64,000 nucleotides of DNA, taken from NCBI GenBank assembly GCA_963758915.1, contig CAVWXH010000016.1, forward strand, positions 352,001-416,000, written 5' to 3'. This stretch comes from an uncultured Methanomicrobiales archaeon (GTDB lineage: Archaea; Halobacteriota; Methanomicrobia; Methanomicrobiales; Methanospirillaceae). The notes beneath the pieces were generated by a model. It was not told the origin of the DNA and searched no databases. It saw nothing but the letters and a program-made list of their open reading frames with translations. This document shows, piece after piece, positions 32,452-43,100 of the stretch (positions within the stretch are counted from its first letter, which is position 1; every line of letters starts with the position of its first letter). The position numbers and the translations under genes were made by a program.

Positions 32452-33388
32452 TTATGGAAATTCTAGTTCCAGATATGCCCCGCTCTTCATGGCTAGTGCA
32501 GCGATGGCAAGGTCCTGTATTGCAAGACCAGTTGAGTCAAAAACTGTAATCTGCTCACTACGAGTCCTTTTTTTCCGGCCAAGCACCACTTCTCCGAGCG
32601 TTCCTGAAATCTCCTCCTGAGTGAATATCCCCTCCCGAATCGGGACATTAATCTCTCCGGAGTGGATGGCCTGTACCGGGTCATCAACGATTACCATTGA
32701 CCTTTTAATAATAGCCGGGTCCAGTTCCTCTTTCCCGGGTGCATCAGCCCCGATTGCATTGATATGTGTCCCGTCATGGATCCATTCATCCATTACGAGA
32801 GGGCTTCGTGACGGGGTCGTGGTGACAATCACATCGCTATCGCAGACAAAGGGTAAGTTTGCCGGTCCTGCAGTCAAAGCGGGAGAATTGTTTTGCAAAT
32901 TTTTCAGCAGACTCTTCTTTCCGGCTCCATACACGGACTCCTGTTACTTCTGTTTCTCGTGATATCGCCTCGAGCTGTGCTGCTGCCTGGCGTCCTGTCC
33001 CGACCAGGCCTAAGGTCACCGATCTTTTCTGCGCGAGATACCTTGTTGCGATGGCACCAGCAGCACCGGTCCTCAAATCAGTCAGACCCGTGGCATTCAG
33101 GATAGCAAGAGGCAGTCCGGTCTCAACATCAAGGATTGTGGTCAGTGCCATGACCGTTGGCAGTCCTTTCACGGGGTTCGCAGGGTGGACATTAACACAT
33201 TTTATTCCAGCCAGTTGCTCTGCGGGTAAATATGCCGGCATTGTCCTGAAATCACCGTTTGGGAATGTGATATAGACTTTCGGAGGCATCTGTACATTAC
33301 CTGTCCCATGTTCCCGGAATGCTTCTTCAACGGCGAGATTAACCTCGTGGATATCCAGTCCGCTCTCAGGCCTTGGATAATACTTCAT
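32452..33388 (-). CDS. ala: Archaeal alanine dehydrogenase (ornithine cyclodeaminase/mu-crystallin family); frameshift near 32840
   Basis: MPPKVY, GDFRTMPAY, RTGAAG, GTGRQA, AIGADAPGKEELD, FDSTGLAIQD. Confidence 0.85.
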
Positions 33389-33696
33389 TGTCCTAATCTG
33401 ATCTCCAACCGGGATCCCCGGTTTTTTCTGACAAAGAGTGGGTCTGGATAATCAAATACCTTATCGTTCCCCTGAATTTTATTTCTCCCCTGCAGGGCTC
33501 AAAAAAGAACCGTCAACTATAGCAGCGTACAATTATTATATCGATGTAGTATGGCCAATCTGAATCAGAAGAAAGGTTGAACCGTATAAATCTGACATTT
33601 CTATGCACGCGGGTCTATTAAGCCCGGGTACCGCGAATTATTTTTGGTTTCGAATCCGTTGGCCCAGAAGTCCCAGGGGTGTCAGGACAGACCGTT

Positions 33697-33959
33697 TCAT
33701 TGTTCATTCATGATATCTGTGATAACATTTGAATAACCTGACCCGCTGCAGGTCGTACACCTGCAACACCCTGCAATTCCCGTTCCATAACAGCATGCAC
33801 ATGGTGTGACCGGTTGGGATACCAGGATAAACCCTTTGCCTTGGCAGGCAGGGCAGGGTATACAACCTATCGTTCCATCTCCCCTGCAATAGGCACAACT
33901 TTTTCTTGAAATACCAGATATCCACTATAACGAGTAGTACCGCGTTCTGAAATAGCCAT
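33697..33959 (-). CDS. Small stand-alone DnaJ-type zinc-finger protein (~87 aa; needs +1 A in the A5 run near 33902)
   Basis: Frame absent from the ORF track reads CAYCRGDG...CPACQGKG...CACCYGTG...CTTCSGSG (four CxxCxGxG). Confidence 0.7.
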
Positions 33960-34272
33960 ACGTTCGTGGCTGGCAGGTCAGGAATGATGATTGGTTCAGG
34001 ATCTGATATTTTGCACAGACCAGGTAAGCATTTAAAGGATTAAATAGGCGGCGTTTTTTTAAAAATATACAAAATTAAGAGTTTACACATCTCTTCTTAT
34101 CTCAGCCAATCTACCGGAGATTCTATTTCTAAATCATTTCAGGATTGGATATAATCTATCACAATGTTGTGGATCTTGCGTTGTTATTTAACCGGTGCAA
34201 CAAAATCAACGTAATTAATAGTTGAAGCCAGCGAAATAATTTCTTAAGAGATATTATGCTGAGGATTATTTC

Positions 34273-35067
34273 ATGATCACCATCGTCCCCAAACCAACAG
34301 ATTCTCCTGGTGATAATTCTACATCAATGGTCGCCGAAGAACTCACCAAAGCCGGAGCAACTTACAAATTTATCAATCTTGATTTCATTAATCCACTGTC
34401 TGCCCCTTTATCAGGGGACCTGATCTGGGTATGCGGGCTCCGGCAGGATGACCACCAGTTTGAAATTATCAATGCACTGTCCGTGGACAATCACGTAATC
34501 AATTCACCGGAGTCGATATTTACCTGTGCCAGTAAAGTAAAGACGTCCGCACTCCTTCAAAAAAAAGGGATACGGACCCCGGAAACTCTTTTCACCGCCT
34601 CTGTTGAGATTGCCAGGCATTTCATTGAAAAACACGGCAGGGTTGTATACAAACCCGTATACGGGTATGACGGGAACGATATCTGTTTCATCAAAACGGT
34701 AGAGGAACTCGGGAAAGGTCCCTACTATCTCCAGGAATATGTCGCTAATGATTGTGATTACCGGATTTTTGTTATTAACGGAAAGTCGGTCGGAGCAATT
34801 ATACGTCGTTCGGATTCACTTGCACACAATATTCACCAGGGGGGCATAGGTATCCCGTGCGAGATAGATACCGACATGGATGAAATGGCAGGGGAGGCTG
34901 CCATGGTTGTCGGGGTGGATTACGGCGGAGTTGACCTCCTCAAAGATGGGGAAGGATATACCGTGCTGGAAGTAAATGGGACTCCGAACTGGCACTGCAT
35001 GAGCACCCCGATACCAAAACTTCTTGCTCAATACCTTATCACGAAGGAACGCCAGTCCCGGTGCTGA
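34273..35067 (+). CDS. RimK-family ATP-grasp alpha-L-glutamate ligase (MptN/CofF-like)
   Basis: KPVYGYDG, YLQEY, DYRIFV, NIHQGG, GVDL, LEVNGTP. Confidence 0.85.
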   Translation: MITIVPKPTDSPGDNSTSMVAEELTKAGATYKFINLDFINPLSAPLSGDLIWVCGLRQDDHQFEIINALSVDNHVINSPESIFTCASKVKTSALLQKKGIRTPETLFTASVEIARHFIEKHGRVVYKPVYGYDGNDICFIKTVEELGKGPYYLQEYVANDCDYRIFVINGKSVGAIIRRSDSLAHNIHQGGIGIPCEIDTDMDEMAGEAAMVVGVDYGGVDLLKDGEGYTVLEVNGTPNWHCMSTPIPKLLAQYLITKERQSRC

Positions 35068-35106
35068 CCCCTGGAAATCTTTTCGAGTCCGGAATTTGGC
35101 AGTGTC

Positions 35107-35567
35107 CGGCATTGTTGAAACACACATGAACTGGAAGTTCACACCCGACCATGAAAATGCCACGTTCAAAATCTCTTCTTATTGCTGGCCGTTCAGGCAT
35201 TTAATCTGAAAACCCACACTGGCAAATTCATTTTGTATACTTGTGGACTTTTATCATCATGCCTGGTTTCATGGAAAACCCTCTCAACTCATCTGGCAGA
35301 TTAGGGTATTGCCGCATCTGTTAAAAGACTGGAACAGGCACCCGGAATCCTGATTTTTCTGAAATTTATCTACGTCCCCGTGGCTCTGCCCCACCGCTCT
35401 GGTATCACGGTTGGGATAGGGACTTGACTTGAATCTCTTACTATGCAAATGATTTCAGCAAATCCTGACCTGTGAATATCCTATGGAGGGTAGGGCAGGG
35501 AGAGGGTGAACCCCCCTGGCTATGTATCCCATCTATTGTATACTTATACGGGGATTCAACAGAGCCG
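35107..35567 (-). mobile_element. MITE-like element, longest and partly duplicated form
   Basis: TIRs CGGCATTGTTGAAAC / GATTCAACAGAGCCG. ACACACATGAA..TTCACACCCG..GAAAATGC..GTTCAAAATCTCTTC arm shared with the 12029 copy. Confidence 0.75.
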
Positions 35568-35618
35568 GATTTTCCCTCTGAATTCCTCTAACAGTAAAAA
35601 AAAGATGATTACCAGGTA

Positions 35619-35903
35619 TTACTGGGTGTATTCCATTTCTTTTAAGGTTTTTTCTGCCAGTTCCTTCATTCTGGCAGATATTCTTCCGGATGCTGAGAAT
35701 TCGACGTCCTTCATGGCATTGGCAAGCTCGTTGCCGAGGACAAAAATCGCATATTTATGCTCCATCTTGCTCTTATGTGTCTGGTTTGGCAGGATTTTCA
35801 GGGAATAGTATTGTGAGAACTTAAGGTCCGGGTTGATGCTCTCAAAGTAGTCCTTTATATTAAACAGCATCTGGTGTAACGTAATTAATTCCTCTTTGTG
35901 CAT
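35619..35903 (-). CDS. UPF0058 family protein
   Basis: MHKEELITLHQ...HKSKMEHKYAIFVLG. Confidence 0.85.
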   Translation of the reverse strand: MHKEELITLHQMLFNIKDYFESINPDLKFSQYYSLKILPNQTHKSKMEHKYAIFVLGNELANAMKDVEFSASGRISARMKELAEKTLKEMEYTQ

Positions 35904-35968
35904 TTTCTGTATCATCCCCAAGATCAAATGGTAAATTTTATCTTAAATAAGTATGGGGAAAAGGTTAT

Positions 35969-37249
35969 TCAGGCGATTTTTATTAGCCTGATTGATATTG
36001 GGCGCTTTATAATCCCCTTGAATTCACGTGCGGCCACATACTCCACGCCAGCCCCGACCAGGTGGTCGAGTAGGTTCTGGTTCACTTCACTGTCAAGGAC
36101 AACTCCCTTTATGTCACCATTCATCTCATCGAGTGACGTTTCTACATCCCCCATTTTCATTTCACGGAGTATTCCATAGTCATCAGACAGGAACCGTGCA
36201 ATATGATGTCCGCGTACTGCCCTGAGGTGGTCTGTAAGAGTTTTTGAGACACCGTGTTTTTCTGCGGTCCGTGATTTTGGCCGGGACCCTTCTGATGTAT
36301 CAGGTTTTCCGGCGGGTTCGGGGGCAGTTGCGTGAATGAGAGGTTTTTCCATGATACCACGTTCCACTTCAACCGGGGCCTCTCCATCCTCCCCCGTAAA
36401 GAACTGGTCACGAACGTATTCCACTGGTACCTTGTTCCTGAGTGCCTTGATGACCTCTTTCCTGGTCATATCCTCAACACTTTTACCACGTGGGGAGTGG
36501 GCCACATAATCGATATCAGCCACCTGTAAAAGTTCCCTGAGTATCAGTTCTCCACCGCGGTCCCCGTCAAGGAATGCTGTTGACGTTTTTGTTTCGGTAA
36601 GTTCGATAATGGTCCCGTTAACTTTTGTCCCTTCAACAGCTACCGCGTTTTTAATCCCATATTTTAGGAGGTTGATAACGTCCGCGCGACCTTCCACAAC
36701 GATAATCGCATCGGTATCCAGCACGTTCGGTCCTGCCGGGACTTTATCCTCTCCGATTACACTGATTTTTTCAATGCGGATACTTTCCCGGACATCGTCA
36801 AGCAGTTCATAGCTGTCGATTGAAGCATCGTTGAAATAACCGGTGAGCAGTTCTTTCGCTCTTTCAGCTATAACTTTTCGTTTTGCTACCCTGATATCCT
36901 CGATGCTCGCAACCGTTACATGAGCTACACATGGACCCACCCGGTCGATAGTCTCCAGAGAGGCGGCAAGGATAGCCGTTTCTGCACGGTCCAGTGAAGA
37001 AGAGATCAGGATCTCTCCGTTTGTCTCACCCTTCCTGCTGGTTATCTGTACATCTATTCTCCCGACACGCCCGGTGCGCTGTAAGTCCCGGAGGTCGAGT
37101 TCTTCGCCGAGCAACCCTTCGGTCTGGCCAAAAATAGCCCCGACTACATCAGGTTTCTCGACCACCCCCTCAGCAGTGAGATGGATGTGAATAAGGTACC
37201 TGGTAGTATCAGACGAATACGTAATAATGCACCCCCATGTGTCATGCAA
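35969..37249 (-). CDS. dnaG: Archaeal DnaG primase / exosome-associated protein
   Basis: GVVEKPDVVGAIFGQTEGLLG, TOPRIM VEGRADV and FLDGDRGG. Confidence 0.95.
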   Translation of the reverse strand: MHDTWGCIITYSSDTTRYLIHIHLTAEGVVEKPDVVGAIFGQTEGLLGEELDLRDLQRTGRVGRIDVQITSRKGETNGEILISSSLDRAETAILAASLETIDRVGPCVAHVTVASIEDIRVAKRKVIAERAKELLTGYFNDASIDSYELLDDVRESIRIEKISVIGEDKVPAGPNVLDTDAIIVVEGRADVINLLKYGIKNAVAVEGTKVNGTIIELTETKTSTAFLDGDRGGELILRELLQVADIDYVAHSPRGKSVEDMTRKEVIKALRNKVPVEYVRDQFFTGEDGEAPVEVERGIMEKPLIHATAPEPAGKPDTSEGSRPKSRTAEKHGVSKTLTDHLRAVRGHHIARFLSDDYGILREMKMGDVETSLDEMNGDIKGVVLDSEVNQNLLDHLVGAGVEYVAAREFKGIIKRPISIRLIKIA

Positions 37250-37399
37250 TACTTCATGCGCGTGATCATAGGTAGTTCCTAGTGGTATGCAGGATCACTT
37301 AAAATGTATGATATTGTAAAAGGGTATTCCTCATTTGAAAGAATGGTGTGACCGGGTTTCGGAGCGAAATAAATACCCGGTAATCAGGGCGTATTTTAG

Positions 37400-37645
37400 A
37401 ATAATTACCTCATGTATAAACCTTACAGGTTTCAGGGGTCCAGAAAATATATTCACACTCCCATGGGGCTCCACTGCTCCTCTCTGGTGGGAACGACCGC
37501 GATAGAGACGATCCTTTAACAATCAAACTCCTGGTGAACCCGGGTCACCAAATCCAGTTCTGGGAATGGTATGGGGAGTTAAAAAAAACTTTCTTTCTCG
37601 AGTTTTTCGCTTTTTCTTAAGAACACAAAGATATCAACAGGGCGG
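37400..37645 (-). mobile_element. Diverged MITE-like copy (left boundary approximate)
   Basis: CACACTCCCATGGGGCTC...GATAGAGACGATCC matches the core of the 12029 copy; TIR-like ATATCAACAGGGCGG. Confidence 0.5.
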
Positions 37646-37681
37646 ATTGTCCAATAGCTGAGATACGAGAAAAAAAATTTA

Positions 37682-38039
37682 TGACTTTGTTGAAAGCCTT
37701 CGGTGTCATAAAAAGTAAGAGGGAAATACCACGACAGGAGGGGGTTTCAACCCCTCCCTGCCCCACCACCATTAAGGTATTTTTCGGGCAGGGTTTCCCG
37801 AAGACTCATTGAATTCAGATTACTGGGGAATAGTCTCTGTCCCAACCGGGGTCGCCAAAGTGGTGGGTCATGAGCCCCGGGAGCGTGACGAAATTTTGGA
37901 ATTACCAGTCTGCAAGAAAGAATTGAGAGGATTTCCCATGAAAGTGCCAGAACGGTGAGTAATATGAAGAGATTTTGAACGTGGCATTTTCAATCGTCCG
38001 GGTGTGAACTTCACGTTCATGTGTTTTTCTACAGAGCGG
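37682..38039 (+). mobile_element. MITE-like element, long form
   Basis: TGACTTTGTTGAAAG ... TTTTCTACAGAGCGG; flanks AATTTA / AATTTT. Confidence 0.8.
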
Positions 38040-38081
38040 AATTTTTTAAAATGGGGAGAAGTTCTTCGGCTATTGCACTAT

Positions 38082-38615
38082 TCATCCGGTAAATATCTCC
38101 GCAACCTGGTGAGTCCGAAAATCACTCATCGTAATCGGGGTCGTCCTGAATTTCCAAACCTTGTTCGGTTCAAGATAATTTACTTCCGAGCTGGTGCTCC
38201 CGATAATATTACCATCTGCGTCTAATAGTGAAAGGGTTACGACCACCAGATCTATCCGCTCATCACCGATATTTTTTATTGTGCCAACAATCATCCGGGC
38301 CCCGGTTGGATCTGTTTCCACATGAGTGTCAAGAAGCCGGACCTTATGAGCGGGATTATATTCATACTGAACGAGACCAAAAGGTCGTTTAGTATATGCC
38401 TCTATTGGGACCGGTGTCTCTTCAGGGACGGGATTTGGAACTGCAACGGTTCCCGTTACGGTAACCCCGGGGGTAATCGGGGGAGTGGGGAAGGTTGTTG
38501 GCGGGATTGAAACAGGTGATACCGGGTTCACCTGGGATGTATTCATACACCCCGAAGAGATGAGAAGGGCTGTGAGTATAAGGAAAAATGCCGGCATCCA
38601 GGTATTGAATTTCAT
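38082..38615 (-). CDS. FxLYD-domain lipoprotein
   Basis: Lipobox ISSGC, P/T linker, GTIKNIG, LSLLDADGNIIG, LEPNKVWKF. Confidence 0.8.
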   Translation of the reverse strand: MKFNTWMPAFFLILTALLISSGCMNTSQVNPVSPVSIPPTTFPTPPITPGVTVTGTVAVPNPVPEETPVPIEAYTKRPFGLVQYEYNPAHKVRLLDTHVETDPTGARMIVGTIKNIGDERIDLVVVTLSLLDADGNIIGSTSSEVNYLEPNKVWKFRTTPITMSDFRTHQVAEIFTG

Positions 38616-38723
38616 AAGATTATCATCCTTGTATTGAATATCGACTGGTACTATTTGTTTTCTTTCCGGATTTACAGATCATGACAGGATATATCTGGCA
38701 TGGATATCGGATAACCGGGTGAA

Positions 38724-39044
38724 TTATTCCGGGACAATTTTTTCGAGCTGCAATAGGATTTCATCTTCAAAACGTCCTCGGACCAGGACTTTTTTCTGGG
38801 AGGAGGTTGTACCCGATACAATGCTCACATCATTTCGTGAAACATGTAACACCCGGGCTATCAACCCGATAATAGCGATATTTGCTTTTCCTTCGACAGG
38901 CTGGGCGGAAACCTGGCAGCCCAAAGACTTTCTCCATGGATTGTAACCTGATGGAAATGAGTCAGATTTACACCCGGTTGAGACCTCGATAGTAATAATC
39001 GTCCCATTGGTGGAAGTAGTCAGGGCTTCCGATATATCTGCCAT
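38724..39044 (-). CDS. DUF167 / UPF0235 family protein
   Basis: AQPVEGKAN, VSIVSGTTSSQK. Confidence 0.85.
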   Translation of the reverse strand: MADISEALTTSTNGTIITIEVSTGCKSDSFPSGYNPWRKSLGCQVSAQPVEGKANIAIIGLIARVLHVSRNDVSIVSGTTSSQKKVLVRGRFEDEILLQLEKIVPE

Positions 39045-39178
39045 CAAATACCTATCACCCCATACCCACATAATCTGCCCGGTTATCCCGGGGTGGGCAC
39101 AAACCATGCAATGAAAAGTGAATGGGTGAATATATCGTAAAACCAGATTATCCCGATACCAAAAAAACGTTCAATTGG

Positions 39179-39352
39179 ATATGTCGCCCGACGTTAACAA
39201 GTTGGGATCACCAGTGGCATGTCGCCGTTCTTCACCCGCTTTTAACCCTGTCGGGCGGTGCCTGTCGCAAAACCGGGTTGTCCCGAAGTTCATTTCCAGG
39301 CGCTTGCCAGTCGATCACCCGGGGACCTATGGAAGTGCTGTATCGGCACCAT
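39179..39352 (-). ncRNA. Two-hairpin box H/ACA guide sRNA, predicted to target 23S rRNA
   Basis: Two hairpins each followed by ACA (+ strand TGT at 39263 and 39182), K-turn-like UGA/GA apical motifs, pockets complementary to conserved 23S sequences, TATA-like GATAAATA ~25 nt upstream and a T7 tract downstream. Confidence 0.75.
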
Positions 39353-39392
39353 TCACATTTCGTCGTCCCGGTATTTATCCAGTGCCCTTGTA

Positions 39393-40715
39393 TCATTCCA
39401 CCGCGTGATACCCTCTTCCCGGGTACCACCGCGGGTCCTGCTTATAAAATTCCCCGTTATGGTAGACAATCCTCCCTTCCATTATGACAATGTCAGGAAA
39501 TATTGCGGGAAGCCCTTCGAAGGGTGACCACCCGGCCCGGCTGTGCAGGTCTCCTGAGACAACCCGGGTAATTTCTTTGGGATAGAGCGCAAAATCTGCC
39601 CGCTCCCCGGGAGCAAATCCTGCCGGTGGGATCCCGAGAATCTCACAGGGCTTCCGGGAGACCTTTTCAACAAGAGTTGTCATCGGTATCTTTCTTTTTT
39701 GTACTTCAGCGAGCAGAAGAGGGACCATCGTCTCAACACCCGGTATTCCTGATGGTGCATTTGGAAAATCTATAGTCTTTTCAAGTGCCGTATGTGGTGC
39801 ATGGTCTGATGCGATGACATCTATCCGGTCCCACATGTTCCAGAGCCCTTCCTGGATTTTTTTATCCCGGAGCGGCGGGTTCACTTTAGCACGGGCATCA
39901 CCAGAAAGGAAGTCCTGGTTTGCAAGGAGCAGGTGGTGTGGTGTCACTTCGAAAGATGTCATGAAACCCCGGGAATTACCAGGCTTATCCCGGGGTATGC
40001 CGTTCAATTGTCTCCTCTGTTCTAAAACTACCTCTATTGCCCTGGCTGAACTCATGTGGCAAAAATGGAGCTGACACCCGGAAACATTAAGATTACAGAC
40101 ATTCCTTACTGCTTCTGCCTCACCCTGTGGAGTGCGGTTGGAATCGTGCGCGGTCATGGTCTCCGGTTGTAATGGCCCGACGTCTTCTGCATGGATTGTT
40201 GCAAGACTATCCATATGACTGATTGCCTGTAGTGCCATTGAAAGGTCATGGGATGACAGGGCTTCTCCATAACTTGATGGTCCTGCAAATATTTCACCGA
40301 AAGCCATGGCACCTGCGCTCCATAACGAAAAAAGGTCTGCCCCAGGCGTAACACCTGCATTTATTGCAAAACCACAGCATGCATGAGAAATTGCTTCTTT
40401 TACGCGACTGTTAAAGCGGTGTGAAGTGGTAAGGGCCGGGACAGTATTTGGCTGGTCGACAACGAGTGTAACACCTCCTGCGATGGCACTTCTCGTCCCG
40501 CTATGCCAGTCTTCTTTTTCCGACTGGCTTCCCCCACGCATATGGACGTGCATATCCGTCGCAGCAGGAATCAGCAACATACCATGGCAGCGGACATATT
40601 CATCTGACTTTTCCACTGCACCAATGTGGATTACCCGCCCCTCCTTAAATCCAATATCTGCTCTCCTCCCGTCAGGGAGTGTTACATCGTAAAGGGCAAG
40701 GTCAGATCCGGACAT
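39393..40715 (-). CDS. pyrC: Dihydroorotase
   Basis: DMHVHMR, DQPNT, HAED, EVTPHHL, KVNPPLR, ASDHAPH. Confidence 0.9.
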   Translation of the reverse strand: MSGSDLALYDVTLPDGRRADIGFKEGRVIHIGAVEKSDEYVRCHGMLLIPAATDMHVHMRGGSQSEKEDWHSGTRSAIAGGVTLVVDQPNTVPALTTSHRFNSRVKEAISHACCGFAINAGVTPGADLFSLWSAGAMAFGEIFAGPSSYGEALSSHDLSMALQAISHMDSLATIHAEDVGPLQPETMTAHDSNRTPQGEAEAVRNVCNLNVSGCQLHFCHMSSARAIEVVLEQRRQLNGIPRDKPGNSRGFMTSFEVTPHHLLLANQDFLSGDARAKVNPPLRDKKIQEGLWNMWDRIDVIASDHAPHTALEKTIDFPNAPSGIPGVETMVPLLLAEVQKRKIPMTTLVEKVSRKPCEILGIPPAGFAPGERADFALYPKEITRVVSGDLHSRAGWSPFEGLPAIFPDIVIMEGRIVYHNGEFYKQDPRWYPGRGYHAVE

Positions 40716-40835
40716 TCGTACCTGACGTTGGAGTGGTTTACCATAAACTAGTGGCTTATCAATCGCCTGGGGAGGTAGCCGGTATCAATTGTTACGGGTT
40801 AGAAAAAAATTTGCAATAAAGGGGGTCGGGTATCG

Positions 40836-43100
40836 CTAACTATGTTCATCCGGGAGGAGGCACGCTTCTCCCTCCTCACGTGGCCTTGGCTTTTCAAGCC
40901 TGCCCATGACAGAAAGGATTGCGGGCATTATAATGATGGCCCCAATCAGCGAGAACCCGACAGCAATCAGCGTCGTGATTCCAAAATTGCTGATGATCGG
41001 GAAGCTCGCAAATAAGAGCGCGGAAAACCCGAAAAATGTTGCCAGTCCCGAGATGGTAATTGCAGTGCCTATCCGTTCAACACTATGATGGATGGCACTC
41101 ATGGGGTCACCGAGATTATCAAACTCTTCAGCATACCGCTCCATAACGAGGATTGTGTACTCAGCTGCGACCCCGATTGTCATTGAGCCGAGGGTAGCTG
41201 TAAGCGGGGTATAATCGATCCCGAGAAGGTACATGGCAGCGGCATTCCAGCCCACTACAAGAATAATTGGTACGAGCGGCGTGACAGCATGGACTCTGCG
41301 ATAGACCAGCAGCAGGAACATAAATACCAGGATGAACCCAAGTGCGGTCATCTGTTCTTTTGATGAGGATAAGGAGCCGATAAGACGCGTAAACAGGTCA
41401 AAACTACCGGAAGGGGCTGCATTGATGCCGGCAGGGGGGGGATTGAATGCAATGTCACCGATTACCAGTTCCTTTAACGAGGATTGCTGTGTGGTCTCAA
41501 GTTTTACCGTGGTAAACTGGATTACCCCGTCTGTAGAACCTACCAGGTATGCCTTTTTAATATCAGCCGGGATTAGGGATAGCACCGTATCAAGTTCATT
41601 CTGTGTTACCGGCATCTGCCCGTTATTATAAGCGAGGACATAGGTAACAATACTGGTCGCACCCGTAAGCTGACTATGCCGGTTCAGTTCATCGTCCTGG
41701 AACTGCTTTATCCATTTAATGGTGACCAGGGAACTTACCCCATCCCCGTTCAGGTAAATGGGCACGGTGCTCGTCGCACCATACATCCTGGTAACCTTAT
41801 CGTTCAGGACCTTGGCCGGCATGTCTGACGGGACAAACGTGTTTTCATTTGTCTGGATTGGAATATAGGAATCGATCTGGAACCCGATGACCGCGATTAC
41901 GCAAGCCACGAGAAGAATCGGGACAGGATTTTTTGCAATTTTCATTGAAGTTTTTGTCAGCAGCGCACTATACGAAAAACTGCCTTTCGATGATGGTTTC
42001 TTCACTTTTGGTTTATACTTCAGGAGGATGGCTGCAGTGGGAATGCCGATCAGGGATGCCAGGTAACAACAGGCAATCCCTATGATGGAGACCAGCCCGA
42101 AACTCTGAATCATCGGCACCGGGGAGATGAACATGGCAACAAATCCCATGCAGGTCGCAAGCATCGCATAGAGGACTGCAGGGCCGGTCTTGGTAATCGT
42201 CATGAAAATTGCCTGTTCCATTGAGCCCTTTCTGATTTCCTCGTCAAACCGGGAATGGAACTGTATTGCATAATCAATTCCGAGCCCAATAAGGACAGGG
42301 AATGCGCCGAGTACTGCCATGTTCAACTGGATCCCGACAAGGCCCATGAGGCCCATAGACCCGACGAGTCCTATCGTGACCATCAGTACCGGCAGGAACC
42401 GGTGGCTGACAAACGAGAACAGGATACCCATCACAATGACCATTAAGATAAGGGCTGCAAAGATGAGGACCCCGGCAGAGGACCCCATCGAGCTCTGCAT
42501 CTGCTTGGAGAACGCGGCACTCCCGGTAAGTGATATTGTTACACCAGGTGGTGGATTGGCATTATCAACGAGACTCTGCAAATTGGTAAGGAGATTGGTT
42601 TTTGCTTTTTCCGAAAGGCCTTCATTCACATCAACCCGGATTATCGTGATCAGGTTTGACTGGCTATAGACTGCAAGGACATTTGGAGGTACCCTGGTCT
42701 CAGCATCCTGTATCTCACCAACTGAGGTTGGGAGGGCACCGTTGTTGGCCTGCTTCAGGATATCAGCAATGCCAGAAACGCTCTTAATATTCTGCTGGCT
42801 GCGGATCGATTCTTCAAGTCCGTCCATAAAATGCAGCATATCAGGACTTATCGGTGTATCGGTATCAATGAACAGTACAACCGGGTCTGACTGGAACGTG
42901 GTAATATATTTATTATACTGGCTGCCTTCTGGTGAATCTTTCACCATGTATGTTTCCCACCCGGACTGCATGGAAATCATCGTCATCCCGTACAGGCAGA
43001 CAATAAAAAGTGCTACAACGATTCCTGCGACCAGCATCGGGTGATGGGTAATTACGTTTGCAAGCCGTTCAAATATTTTCTTCACAATAATCTTGTCCAT
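40836..43100 (-). CDS. RND superfamily (MMPL/HAE3) transporter
   Basis: Two repeats with GLGIDYAIQFHSRF and GVAAEYTILVMERY, about 12 TM. Confidence 0.9.
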   Translation of the reverse strand: MDKIIVKKIFERLANVITHHPMLVAGIVVALFIVCLYGMTMISMQSGWETYMVKDSPEGSQYNKYITTFQSDPVVLFIDTDTPISPDMLHFMDGLEESIRSQQNIKSVSGIADILKQANNGALPTSVGEIQDAETRVPPNVLAVYSQSNLITIIRVDVNEGLSEKAKTNLLTNLQSLVDNANPPPGVTISLTGSAAFSKQMQSSMGSSAGVLIFAALILMVIVMGILFSFVSHRFLPVLMVTIGLVGSMGLMGLVGIQLNMAVLGAFPVLIGLGIDYAIQFHSRFDEEIRKGSMEQAIFMTITKTGPAVLYAMLATCMGFVAMFISPVPMIQSFGLVSIIGIACCYLASLIGIPTAAILLKYKPKVKKPSSKGSFSYSALLTKTSMKIAKNPVPILLVACVIAVIGFQIDSYIPIQTNENTFVPSDMPAKVLNDKVTRMYGATSTVPIYLNGDGVSSLVTIKWIKQFQDDELNRHSQLTGATSIVTYVLAYNNGQMPVTQNELDTVLSLIPADIKKAYLVGSTDGVIQFTTVKLETTQQSSLKELVIGDIAFNPPPAGINAAPSGSFDLFTRLIGSLSSSKEQMTALGFILVFMFLLLVYRRVHAVTPLVPIILVVGWNAAAMYLLGIDYTPLTATLGSMTIGVAAEYTILVMERYAEEFDNLGDPMSAIHHSVERIGTAITISGLATFFGFSALLFASFPIISNFGITTLIAVGFSLIGAIIIMPAILSVMGRLEKPRPREEGEACLLPDEHS

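Noticed and set aside
39179-39352. SRP RNA or RNase P RNA
   Set aside because: Too short and lacks the SRP helix-8 motif and the RNase P P4 signature; the short ORFs called here look like shadows
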